A stretch of 64,000 nt of DNA from Lingula anatina (taxonomy: Eukaryota > Animalia > Brachiopoda). The stretch is taken from the NCBI GenBank assembly GCA_051362555.1, contig CM120645.1, forward strand, positions 5,146,001-5,210,000. The letters run 5' to 3'. How positions within the stretch are numbered: the first letter of the stretch is position 1; every line of letters starts with the position of its first letter. The notes below the pieces were generated by a model. The model searched no databases. It had not been told where the DNA came from and saw only the letters and a program-made list of their open reading frames with translations. The position numbers were made by a program, and so were the translations under genes. Below, piece after piece: positions 26,425 to 37,972 of this stretch.

Positions 26425-28806
26425 GTTTATCGCTCATCGTGATAGTATTTTCTTCAAAATCTTGAATGTGATTTTCTGCCTACTCACATTTTCTCCAGCA
26501 AACCACGGATGATCGGCTAAGAATTCCGAATACTGCCTTAACGTATAGGGTAGATGTTTTAGGTACTCTGCCTTCCTGTCCTCCTGAAAGTTGAAACCGA
26601 TACTTCATGCTTTTTTATCTTTTCGGTATTTTTTAGTTGGTATCGTTGAAGCAATTTAATTATCGTTTGGATAAGATAATTCTCTTTAGGTGAAAATCAA
26701 ACCAGACGCGACGCTCATTTCTTTCTTTTTTTATCATCTCCGTTAAGCTTACTCATTTTTGGAAAGAACTGAAAAAATCAGAAAAATAGGTTTCACATGT
26801 AGAAATATATTTACGTGCTTTCCGTGTCCGAAATAGGTGGAGTAGCAGACGGAGATATGCGCGTTCAGGGTATCCTCTAACTGGTGCTCCATTATGTCCA
26901 TCCGTATCCGCTCCTCCTCTGTGGTACCGCCTGAAAGAGATTTCAAGTGTGAAGTATTTGTGAATGTCAATTTTTAATATATATCGTGACTATCCCAATA
27001 TGGATTCTTATGGATTATTGGATTTATTCGATTTCCGCTTCCAGCGTTGCTATCCGAAATACACATTTGAAAAAAGTAAAAACATAAAAATGTTATTTTA
27101 TCATACTATGTTATAATAAATTAAAGCAGCAGCGGGTTCCTTAGCAAGTTTTACTGGGGCTTACAGAGATTGTGCTGTCTTCCGAAGTATTTTAAGATAG
27201 CATGGCTCTGAACGATCTTGACGTCACCGTCTATTAGATAAGGAAGCTGAAAAAATAAAGCAATTCTGAATGTCTCGTTTTCCTGTAACTTTGAAACGTA
27301 TTCATGATATTTGTAATAAAGTGAAACAGAGATGGTCTATTTAATATATTATTGTATAGTTTTACTTGTTTCAGCGGTGGGTTAATCTATACATACATTC
27401 GGGAAAGGTAGGCCCAGTGAGTATTTCACGCTCTTCCATGCCTTATTACTGTATGTTGGAGCTGAAAAAGTATTTTTGACTTTTTTCAAAGAGTTGAGTT
27501 GAAATTACAAGGTTTAGAATGCACGAGTTTTTAAATTAGTATAAATTACAGAAAGGCCAGGTCTGTAGAGAGCAATTTCAAGGGGAAGGGATGCTGAAAA
27601 GGTGCGCCTCTTTAACATAACGGCATATAGAACATACCGGGGTGGTTGAGCAATATTTTTTTTATGCAGAGCAAACGTCTTGTAGTCAAAATTAAAGACG
27701 TTTTATTCAAAGCACTTAGTCTTCGGGGCTAGGAGAGAGAGAGAGAGGAGGGCCAGGCACTTACCTGGTCCAAGGCAATATTGTTTTGTTTCAAATTCTC
27801 TGCCAACGTAACTGAGAAGCAGCTTGATGGGCTGCGCAAACTGCAAAGGTAAAGGAAGTATATAGATTTTTTTACAGGGACTTACAGGTACATACAGTAT
27901 ACCAGTACCCATATGTAGCCAGAAATTACCACCTGTACCCAACCCCTGTCCCTTTGTATTATTTTGTATAAAAAGTTCATTAAAAGAAAATCTTTAAATT
28001 CTGTTTAGTAATAATAATAATAATAATACATGTAGACAATGTACACGACACACAGATACATTGGCTGGAAAGGAGAGTTCACGGCATTTTTATAGTATCT
28101 TCTATTTTAAATATTTTATCATGCATCCTCTTAGCCATATTTTTATTTTAAAAGCTATTAAACTGCCATTATATAACGCTTAATATGAGGAGACTAATTT
28201 ACCCTGTTTCTGAAATTTTGAATGAATTTTTTACAATTTGTGATCTTTACATTTTTTATCCTATTCGCACACTTTTTGCTTTTTGTGTGCCCAATACAGT
28301 TATTTGATCATCACATACATCAAAATGTAATGTTTTCATCTGGCAATTTATTCTTGATATCGATTATTGTCTCTCTCTCTGTCAAGATGAATTATTGTAC
28401 CCGTTATGTTGGTGTGATCATACATAAGGTAAAATCATCTATTGTACCAGTATGACAACCTTGTATTTTTATAACTCAAATAATTTTTGTGATAATGATT
28501 GTTGGATCAGTGCAAAGCTTGATCTACCATTCCTTTGATCTCTGAGCTTACTGTATAAATAATATAAAGGTATCTTTTTCGTGAGTTTTCCGCCAAAATG
28601 AATTTTCTCGAAAAAAAAAGCAATTTTCTCCTACTCAAAAGCCATTGCTCGATCTCTCCCTCCTCTTTGATTCTATGTTTTGAACCTTAATTCTCCAATC
28701 AAATAGTCCTAAGCAAATCTCATTTACAAATTGTATTGAAAGAAGGAAATATCAACTTTAGATACAGATATTCGTTTGAGGAGATTTATCAATCATCTTA
28801 ACGCCT

Positions 28807-28841
<35 letters not shown>

Positions 28842-30263
28842 TTTCTCCAGCCATATCAGCGTCATCTCACAACATTTCACACCCGTTTCATTCCATTGCA
28901 GAACGTATTTGCGAAAAAAAAGAAAAAAATGGGGAGGGGGGGGGGGGGTAGGTGGTCGGCAGCGTTTACAACGTGAACCATTTAAGGGCAGGTCATGTGA
29001 CTTGTTTAAGATGCATACAAAGTCAATTTTTTTGTCACAAAAATCAACCAAATGTCAGCATATAGTTTCAAGTAGTACAGTATAACTAAGAGAATTACCA
29101 AAAGGCATTGTTTAATTTTACCCGAAAATGATGTTTGAACGGATTTTTCTGCTGGCATTCTAAGCTGTATGTCAATGGGGCAGGAAAGTAGGTCACGATA
29201 GTAGGTTAAATTTACAACCAAAAATTTAAAGAAACGAACAGTCTAAAGGTCTTTTATGGCTGATCGAGTGATCTATTCAGTTTATCCCTTGGCATGTCGA
29301 ATTTATTTGAGTCATTTAAGAATCTAGTAGAAGTGGTTTACATGTGTTACTGGGAATCCACGCTCCACCGATGCTCAGTTTGTATGTACCTTTAAGAGGT
29401 TGGTTCGGTTAGAATTTTTTTTCAACAGGATGATAGTATTCAGTGAATTGCCCATACAGGATACCATCGACTACATATTGACTATATAATACTGCATGGA
29501 TTCACTTAAAACTTATTTAGCAAATTACTTGGAGGGTCGCCTTGAGAGGAGGTTGTGGACACATGTTGTTTGGAAAACCGCTTTTTTCTCTGACTACACG
29601 GCTTTTCTCCCGTTCACCTCCAGCTCAGCTTCGCGTCTTACACCACTTTACGTCACATGACATCACACTTCCGGTACAAGTTTAACTAATACTCGTCTCC
29701 TCCGGTACCCTTTATAGGCCTCTCGTCCCCACTAAGTTAAGACGATTATGACTAAGTTCTTTTGGTCTCTCGAACAGGACTGCATATTGGAAAACCTGTA
29801 AGAAGCACTCTCAAAGGGCTGCAAGAGGGGTGCAAGAGTACTATAAAAAAACGATAGGGTTTGATCAAGTAGGGCGATAGACAAAGGGCTGTGCTGGATC
29901 ATCTTCATCTTATCTTTATTAGTTTATAATGGATGATGAAAAGTAACCTGAAATCTATAAAACTAAGTTTTATAAATTACAGATTATAAAACTAAGGCTT
30001 ATTATGAAGGTATATAGTTCATAATTAGTTTTCTTTGAAAATAATGTTGATTTATACAATTCGCAAACGTGTCATGAAAGCTCGAATGTCTATGTGAAAG
30101 GACGCACGGTGAACATATCACTCATATTTTAATTTAAAATAATTGATTACCTATGAAGCATGGATCTGAAACAAAAATACACTAGGGAGCAATTTTAAAA
30201 ATTACTCTTATTATCACCTTGACGACGTAATGGGAATTTTATTGATTGTGAGGGCTCGCCTGC

Positions 30264-30294
<31 letters not shown>

Positions 30295-33200
30295 CGTTGC
30301 TTAAATGATGAGCAGTCGAAAGTACACCAAAACAAATTTTATAATAGACATTCGGCACTGATAGGACGGAAAGATGTTACAATAATATAGAGATAAATAA
30401 ATGATAAGGTTCTATTCCATGCGACATGCACGTAGAAAACACACGGTTTCAGCTTTGAATCCATCTATTAGATAACTGATGAATACAAGTCGCATTAGCG
30501 ATCTTTTGATCTAAGCATCAACTGAACTTTTCTCCTAGGATTTTCTTCAGTTACTCCAGTTCTGTAGTTACTCTTAGCAACTCAACAACCGGGCAAGAAC
30601 GGAGCGTTTTGTTGATTTGTCTGCCATTGAAAACTGCTAGAATAACGATGATCGATGTCTGAAATGAGCATGGTGGCCTTAAGTCTGCTTCTTGTCGGAG
30701 TTACTGTGATTCTTTTAGGTAAGTCTGGCAGTAACAAAATGCACAAGGCAAAAGTGGCGTTTTAATATTGATCCGCCTTAGAGCTGAAAAATGATTTTTG
30801 GCAATAATTTGATATACAGCAAGGCACAATATCATAACTTTATTCATCTGTGTGGTTATATATTTGTTTCTGAATTTATAATTGTTTTTTAAATGTCCTT
30901 TCAATCCGTTTTAGATTGAAATTTATATCTTAGTATTTACCTATATACCAGTATTTCTTTGTAACATCCAGTTTATAGCGGCAACTAATAATAATAATAA
31001 TTGATGTTATTGATTGCTTTCCACGGCAGGTACAACACCATGCAGAGGTTGCACGCAGGGTTTGGCCAAAGGCAAACCCGCATACCAAAGTTCCAACTAC
31101 CAAAATAAGTACCATGCCAGTCGTGCTGTGGACGGTAACTATGACGACGAAATGAGTCATGGAAGTTGTTCCCACACCGATGCTGGTCAGGGAGAATGGT
31201 GGCTGGTGGACTTAGAAACCACGGCGAGGGTGGCCGGTGTTATCATAACAAACCGTGACCATAGCTCTTGTGAGTCTTGCTTCAATATTTCGTATCTTTT
31301 TTCCACTTAATTCCTGAAATTGTGTCCCTCTTTCAGTCCTTGCATTTATCTCTTTTTCCATGATAAAATATCACTTTCCACAACTGATGTGCTATTTAAT
31401 TTGTCGCTAAGGGGCAAACAAATATGATCAAAATGTTAACTCAAATCTAACAATTTGCCACTTTTTATTTTCAGCTTTCCGTCTGAATAATTTCGAAGTG
31501 AAAGTTGGAACCTCATACCATGATAGTTCATCATTCACCCAGTACAAACTCTGCGCCAGTTACCCGGGGGTGGCACCTGTGGGGAACACGTCTCTGTCCT
31601 GTGGGTCACCACTGACAGGACGATATGTCTTGATCATCAAAGTTGGTAGTGACGAACATCCCTTGCAGCTTTGTGAAGTGGAGGTCCATGGTGAGTTCAT
31701 GGGTCCATCAAAATCACTTTTACAAGCGGGCCTCAAGTATTTCACATTGTTTCTTTGCTAATACATGCACTTTTATAGAGGTATGTGTTTAAAAAGTTGA
31801 AGATACTAGCTAAAATTTATAAATCTGACAAATTTCATAAATTGATTTAAGTCGACATAACCGGTCAATCAGCTACGTTTTTGTTATATCTTTGAAGTCC
31901 CATATTTAATTCATTTTTTTTTTAGGTATTGCAAATTCAACCACGTTCCAGAGGGTAGGAGCAGATGCTCGCGCAACCCGTGTGCACCTATCTACGCATA
32001 ATGTCCGCAGCCTCTCCGAATGTTGCCGTTCTTGTATGCAACAGTGGAAATGTGTTGCCATAAATATTTTCTGTGCTGGAAAATACCAATGTGTCTGTGA
32101 ACTTCTGACCAGCACTACCCAATCCGGCGACTTGCAGGCCCGCACTGGATACAGCTATTATGAAGACAACTGCCCGGGTACAGCGTAGGACGAGACTGTC
32201 TAATTACTGTAAATAAATCACTTACAGAATACTCCAGGGAAGCATTCATGAGTTCGTTACACATATATATGTACCCTTTAAGTGTTACCTACTGTTGTTG
32301 TTCAATTGAATGATATTTTCTGCACTTTTTAAACCGAATAAGTAACATATGTAGTAGTATGTATTAGAAATGTGCGAGTGTAGATCAAAGTTGCCGAATC
32401 CGGAGCAGCATATTCATCATGGTGTTGGACTGCATCAGCATCCATGGCGTGGGCGAATTGATAGTGGTTGATGGAAACATGAATCACTAGAAATATATCG
32501 ATGTTTTGGAGTCAGGCTTACTACCATCTATTACTAACATGTTTGGTGACAGGAGTTATCCATTTGTATACCAGGATGACAATGCTCCTTGTCACAGGCC
32601 CAGAGCAGTTGATGGTTGGTTTGACTAACAGGATATTCGCAGGGTGATGTGGCCTGCCCTGAGTCCGGATGCAAACATAATAGAAAATGTGTGGAATGAT
32701 ATGTCAAAACTTTTGACAAATGCCCGTCTAACCAGCAGAGAAACTCTGTTATATTCAGTGTTTCATGCTTGGGCCAGCTTAAGCCCTGAACGCATCAGAC
32801 AATTATATGAATCCTTGCCTCGTACACTGGCACCTATTATTAGGTCACGTGGCTATGCCACTAAGTACTAATTTTGGACTTGAAACTGCATATTTTGGTA
32901 GAATGTATATTTTGTTCTCATTTTGTGATTTTTGGTGAAATTTGATGTTAATAAAATGATACCAGGAGCATATCATTCCACAGTCATTTATCTCCCCCAT
33001 AGTATTGGTTCAGTAGGGGTGACACTTCTATTGTCCAGTGTGTGTAGTTTTGATCTCATCATATCTCTTTATAAAGCCCAGCATGTTTTCTTATATTATT
33101 AATTGTTTATTCACAGGTTCATGTTCTTGTCAGTAATGATCGTGTAATACCACATAAATGTTAAAATATCGTAATGTGTCTGGTTTACAGAGAGACACAG

Positions 33201-36200
33201 AATTTGAAGATTTTCAGTTTCAACTAAAATTCTCTTGTGGGGGATATTACTGTATGTTTGTAATTCTTCACTGAAACCAACATAACTTTGTCAATATAAC
33301 TTATGTGCAAATAAATGGAATGCCAGTATATCGGTTATTTTGTCATGAAATGTTTCTTAAAATCACTTTTCCCAAATAAACATAGTTTCATACTTTTGTG
33401 ATTCAATATTGGTTCATATATGGTAAAATGTTTACTTTCTTTCACTCGTTTTATCACCCAGGTAGAAGGTAGAAATGGATAACCTCTAATATTTTCTATA
33501 AATTCAATATATATTTGAAAATTATATACTTAATTTCGATTCAATTCTATTAAAATATCGATATTAACATAAAACAAGGCAGCAAAGCTGCCAAATGTAC
33601 AGACAAAAAACAGAAAATAAAGATGCAAAATAGGTCATTTTGTCAATTTTGATGCAATAATAAATAATGCTTATAATAGCACTGTCAGTCAACACTGAAT
33701 TTTAACCATGCACAACAGGTAAAATTGTCAATAACATGAGCGGACCCAGAGATATTTTCTGACAGTATTCCAAAGTATCTATTTTGATCCATCCTCCATT
33801 TTCATGGTCTTCCAACAGAAGAAAAAATAGATACCAGGCAATATAAACTTAATAAGCTGACTGTCTTCCGGAAGACCCAGAAGATGGTCTCAATCTACCC
33901 TTTCAATAAGATTACAGTTTCAGGACCATGAGTTCAAATTCACATGATGAAAGTCTCAATATTTGAAAAATGATGACAGTGCATAAAATAATATTACATA
34001 AGTAACATAATGTTCAAAGACATAAAAAACAATACAACTGCTTATGTGGAAATACAGAAATGTCAGAGCCTCAGGTGGATGAGAGTTAAAAGTCACAAAT
34101 GCAAGTGTTTGAGAAAAAAATATACAGGAAAACATAACAAAACTAGAAAAGCGCTCCGAGAGTGCAGACCTCTGCCAAGGTAGCAATTGTTGATTATTAT
34201 TGATTATTGTCCTCTTTGGCCCACTTCTGACAGTTCCTGAAAATTTCAGCAAAATCGGTCCATAACTTTTTGAGTTATGTTGATGACAAACAGGGGTGAA
34301 AATATAACCTCCTTGGCAGAGGTAAATATAATTCCAATGAAGCTGCTATTCAAACTTTTAATCTTTGAGTTTGATATATATATAGCACAGTTTTCTTTTC
34401 ATAATATTTGCAGTAGCAGTGCAAAAAGATTTTTGTCAATTTTGATGTAACATTACATAATAAATTATAGAATAATTATCACCAATTTTTGATTATTGAC
34501 TATAAATAGCAAGGACATGTAGAAAATTTGATTACCATTCGGCTTCATGTCCATGGGAGTTCTGAGTCCCACAATGAATATGCCAAAAAGATAATAATGA
34601 ATATTTCACTAAAATGTATAACTTCCAGAAAAAGAAGCTAATTAGACTGCTTTTCCAACTCAGGCTACATTTTAGTCCTGTGTTTCTTTTTTGAAAGTTT
34701 GACAGTCATAAGTAACATGGTTTTCCCATAATGGTCATCATGGCAGCAACACCAAAAATTGTGTTTTCTTCTATTTTGATGCAACATTACATAATGTTTA
34801 ACAGCATAATGACCATCAATTTTTAATAATAAAATATTAGTATCATGGATATTCAGAAAATGTGACTAGCAAAGGTTTTCAAGCCCGTGGAGGTTCTAAG
34901 TCACACCTTGAAAATGCCAATAAGTGAAAAATTAAATTTTCACAAAAAAACTGTTTAATTGCCAGAAAAATTTACCAAACAGACTGCATTGCCTACTGAA
35001 GCTATATTTTAGTCCCATGTTTCTTTCCTGTAAGTTTGAGAACAGTGAGTGACATGATTTTCCTTAAATGGTCATCATGGGAGCAGTGCCCAAAATAGGG
35101 GTTTCCTCAAATTTTGATACAATATTACATAATGTTTAACAGCATAATGACCGTCAATTTTTAATAATAAAATATTAGTATCATAGATATTCAGAAAATG
35201 TGACTAGCAAAGGTCTTCAGGACCATGGAACTTCAAAGTCACATCTTGAAAATGCCAAAATGTAAACAAGACAGCACTTTTCTGAAATGGGTTTATTTCC
35301 ATTTTTAACACTTTTTTAACATAAAACAAAATTAACTGTTAACTGCCATTTTTATATGACCAACTAAGAAAATTGATGAGATGGAAAAATTATCAATAGA
35401 ACAGTGTTAAATTTCCTCCATTCTGAGATTCTGAACATAGTGGATGATTGAATCTGACAAACTGCAATGATGTGTTTATTTCCATTTTTGACACTTCATT
35501 ACACAATACACGATAACAAATTTACCATCATTTTTACATAATCAACTGACAATGTTGTAAAGATGCAGGAAATGTCAAACAAACACTTTTATGTATCTTA
35601 TTAGTTCAATAATGAGACTATTAACATGCCTAAGAATTGAATCTGAGGAAATGTGAAAAAAAAAGCATAACTTCTAAAATAATGGCCCGATTATGCTGAT
35701 TTTCATACTCAACCTATGTTTTAGTAAGATTGACCACTCCTGTGAGTACAGTGACAATTGGCCTATCTGTTTTTCTTATATTGTGTTATCAGTGTTGCAT
35801 ATATGCTGAAAAGAATGAAAAAGCAGCATAACTTCCATAAAAGTGACTCTATCATGCTGATTTTCGAACTTGACTTGCGTATTATTAATACTCATCAGTT
35901 CTGTAAGTTTCAAACCAAAAGGTAAAACCGTTTTCCACTTATCGTGTTTACGGTGTTGCATATATGCTGAAAAAAGTGAAAAAAAGCATAACTTCCCTAA
36001 AAATGACCCGATCATGCTGATTTTCGAACTTGACCGGCGTATTATGAATATTCATCAGTTCTGTAACTTTCAAGCCAAAAGGTAAAACAGTTTTCCACTT
36101 ATCGTGTTTACGGTTTTGCATATATGCTGAAAAAATTGAAAAGACAGCATAACTTCCCTAAAAATAGCCCGATCATGCTGATTTTTGAACTTGACCGGCG

Positions 36201-37972
36201 TATTATGAATATTCATCAGTTCTGTAACTTTCAAGCCAAAAGGTAAAACGGGTTTTCACTTATCGTGTTTAAGGTTAAAGTGCACGCCAACGGCGACGGC
36301 GACGGCGACAGCGACGGCGACGACAGACGCAGATGATGGCTATATGTACAGACACATCTGTGTCTGTACATAAAAAGTATCAAGTATCAATTTTCTGTAA
36401 ATTCATCAAGCTTCAGGATTTTTAAATTATTTTTATCTTCCATCATGCATCTTCTTGGCAATGGTATTTTTAGTATAAAATACCCTTAAATGATTCTGTA
36501 ATTTTTAGCCATCCTTTGTCTTTTCACTGTTATATCATTTTAACCAATCCAGTAAGGGGGGGGGGGAGGGGGTCAGGGGGATCCTGGCCCTCCCCCTTGG
36601 GTTTCTGAAAACAAATCACACTGATATTCTCCACTTGAAATTAGAATTTTGAATAGCTTATTTATAGTTCTTCACCGTTCCAAATGGCACCGTTTGCCCT
36701 CCAAAACATCATTTTATTCAGCGGGCCCCGAGCCCCATCACAAGGGAGCAGACGGTCGGCTTCATATCCGAGGTTTGTCATTCCTAAAAAATCGCCCCCC
36801 CCCCCTCTCAATTAATCCTGGATTCGCCTTTGCCTTCTTCCAAAAATGTCAAGCCCAATTATTGCGATTAATTCAGAAAATTCACAGCTGTGGTATAATC
36901 AATCACTTTAGTTCTAAATTACTTCCCAATGTATCCTGAAATTTTCCATCATTTTCTTATGAATTCAACGCAATGGGAAGAATGCAAAAAATTCAGTTAT
37001 ATGCGAGATCTTTACTTGAAATGATGTCCACATTATTCATTTTTCCTATCAACACAGTTTTTGGTATATAAATTAATTTCCTAATACCATTTATTAATTC
37101 ACCTGTATAATGCAAATGTTTTTGCTTGGCAATCTATTCTAAATCTTGATTTTTTTTCTCTTCAAGTTATCATGAGATAACGCTCAATGTAATTTTCATC
37201 TAATTCCCAATTGCTCATTGAATTACAACATTTGCATACCTATAACTCATGAATGACAGAGTCATAAATAGTGCATCGCTAGTTTGAAATAAGCAGAATT
37301 AATGACTTCCAATAGCATTTGTGTTGCTTGATGAATAAACCTAATTAGATAAAGTAGATGCAGATGAACAGTGCCAAAGGCATATTTTGATCATATTACT
37401 ACAAAAAATCGTTTCCCAGTGATAAAATTTTATGTCAGAGCCCAGGCGTAAACTCCGTGTGCAGATGAAATTTTTTTGAAAAAACATATCAAGGAAATAT
37501 TGCCAGAATATCACCACACAAGATGATGTGCGACTTTAACGGCCGCATACATTTCCGCTCTAACTCACACTTAATGCATTCCCTTTATACAGCCCGTTCT
37601 GCCCTGTAACCTCCATAAACTGAAGTTATATCGAGGTCACCGCTAGAGCAGAACTCGGGTCTTTGATCAACTAGAGCAACTCATATCGTTTATCAGTAGA
37701 CAGTATATCTAATGGTGCTTTTACCCTCCTGCAAAGGTGAAATATACATGCATATATTCTACCGGTCGGTATGGCCAGGTGGAATGACCTGTAAAGAAAA
37801 GTGGGTAAAGCTCTCGCACTTAAAGGTGTGGGCTGTCTTCACGTGCATGTATGCACCTTGGTTTCTCTAGATCTGTACGACTAAATAGATGTTTTGAAAT
37901 CTTGCGTATTTTGGTAACATTTACACTCACCCCCCTGATGTTCCAATAGCCAATAATCAGTGGCGCTTGCAT
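25604..37972 (-). CDS. GSTM: Glutathione S-transferase, mu class, 8 coding exons, ~225 aa
   Basis: Exons 37972-37931 ([14 protein letters not shown], catalytic Tyr), 27840-27765, 27461-27397 (mu loop...LGLPFPN), 27246-27165 ([18 protein letters not shown]), 26930-26815, 26583-26488 (HPWFAGEN), 26056-25946 ([10 protein letters not shown]), 25693-25604. All GT-AG and in phase, 678 nt. Exon sizes 76/65/82/96/111/90 match vertebrate GSTM as I recall it. Confidence 0.93.
29009..29391. mobile_element. Kolobok-like MITE, inverted copy of 3376-3752
   Basis: Reverse-complement match; TTAA at 29392-29395; absent from duplication copy 1 (~19470). Confidence 0.8.
30664..32188 (+). CDS. Secreted F-type lectin domain + C-terminal PAN/apple domain protein, copy 2, ~257 aa, nested antisense in GST intron 1
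   Basis: Exons 30664-30718, 31030-31269, 31475-31690, 31926-32188 (774 nt, open). PAN pattern [20 protein letters not shown]...CEL. The fucose motif is altered to RDHSSSFR. Confidence 0.9.
32396..33044 (+). mobile_element. 5'-truncated Tc1 transposon (same family as 53063-54450)
   Basis: DDE segment YQDDNAPCH...[15 protein letters not shown]...RGYATKY with in-frame stops; right TIR GGGGTGACACTTCTATTGTCCAGTGTGTG followed by TA. Confidence 0.9.
33572..36376. mobile_element. HINE/Helentron-type element, longer copy of 14323-15881
   Basis: Same termini, microsatellite and hairpin; four ~160-bp units (motif ATYATGCTGATTTT at ~35690, 35851, 36011, 36172). Compared with the empty site at ~23240 it inserted in an A-run without a TSD. 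Confidence 0.85.
34141..34326 (+). mobile_element. Small HINE nested in the larger HINE
   Basis: ACTAGAAAAGCGCTCCGAGAGTGCAGACCTCTGCCAAGG...ATAACCTCCTTGGCAGAGGTAA, with subterminal inverted ACCTCTGCCAAGG; inverted copy at 42374-42627. Confidence 0.8.
36550..36832. mobile_element. Degraded MITE related to 63684-63952
   Basis: Shares GGGGGTCAGGGGG, TTGAAATT...ATAGTTC...ACCGT(T/A)CCAAAT and the AATCCTGGAT(T/C)CGCC end; absent in copy 1 (~23415). Confidence 0.6.

Larger units (their letters stand above)
24250..37530. repeat. Tandem segmental duplication, copy 2 (boundaries approximate)
   Basis: See copy 1. Longer because it keeps GST exons 2-6 and gained Kolobok-like, Tc1, HINE and MITE insertions. 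Confidence 0.9.

Noticed and set aside
27890-27915. GGG TAC TGG (GYW) as GST exon 1
   Set aside because: No in-frame ATG, an upstream stop and wrong spacing; the convincing exon 1 is at 37972-37931.
26114-28540. GST exons 2-6 as a transposon-captured fragment inserted into copy 2
   Set aside because: Exons 1, 7 and 8 complete an intact gene; the segment was deleted from copy 1 instead.
35660-36280. Regularly spaced repeats as a CRISPR-like array
   Set aside because: Whole ~160-bp units are homologous with no unique spacers; the context is eukaryotic and inside a HINE.
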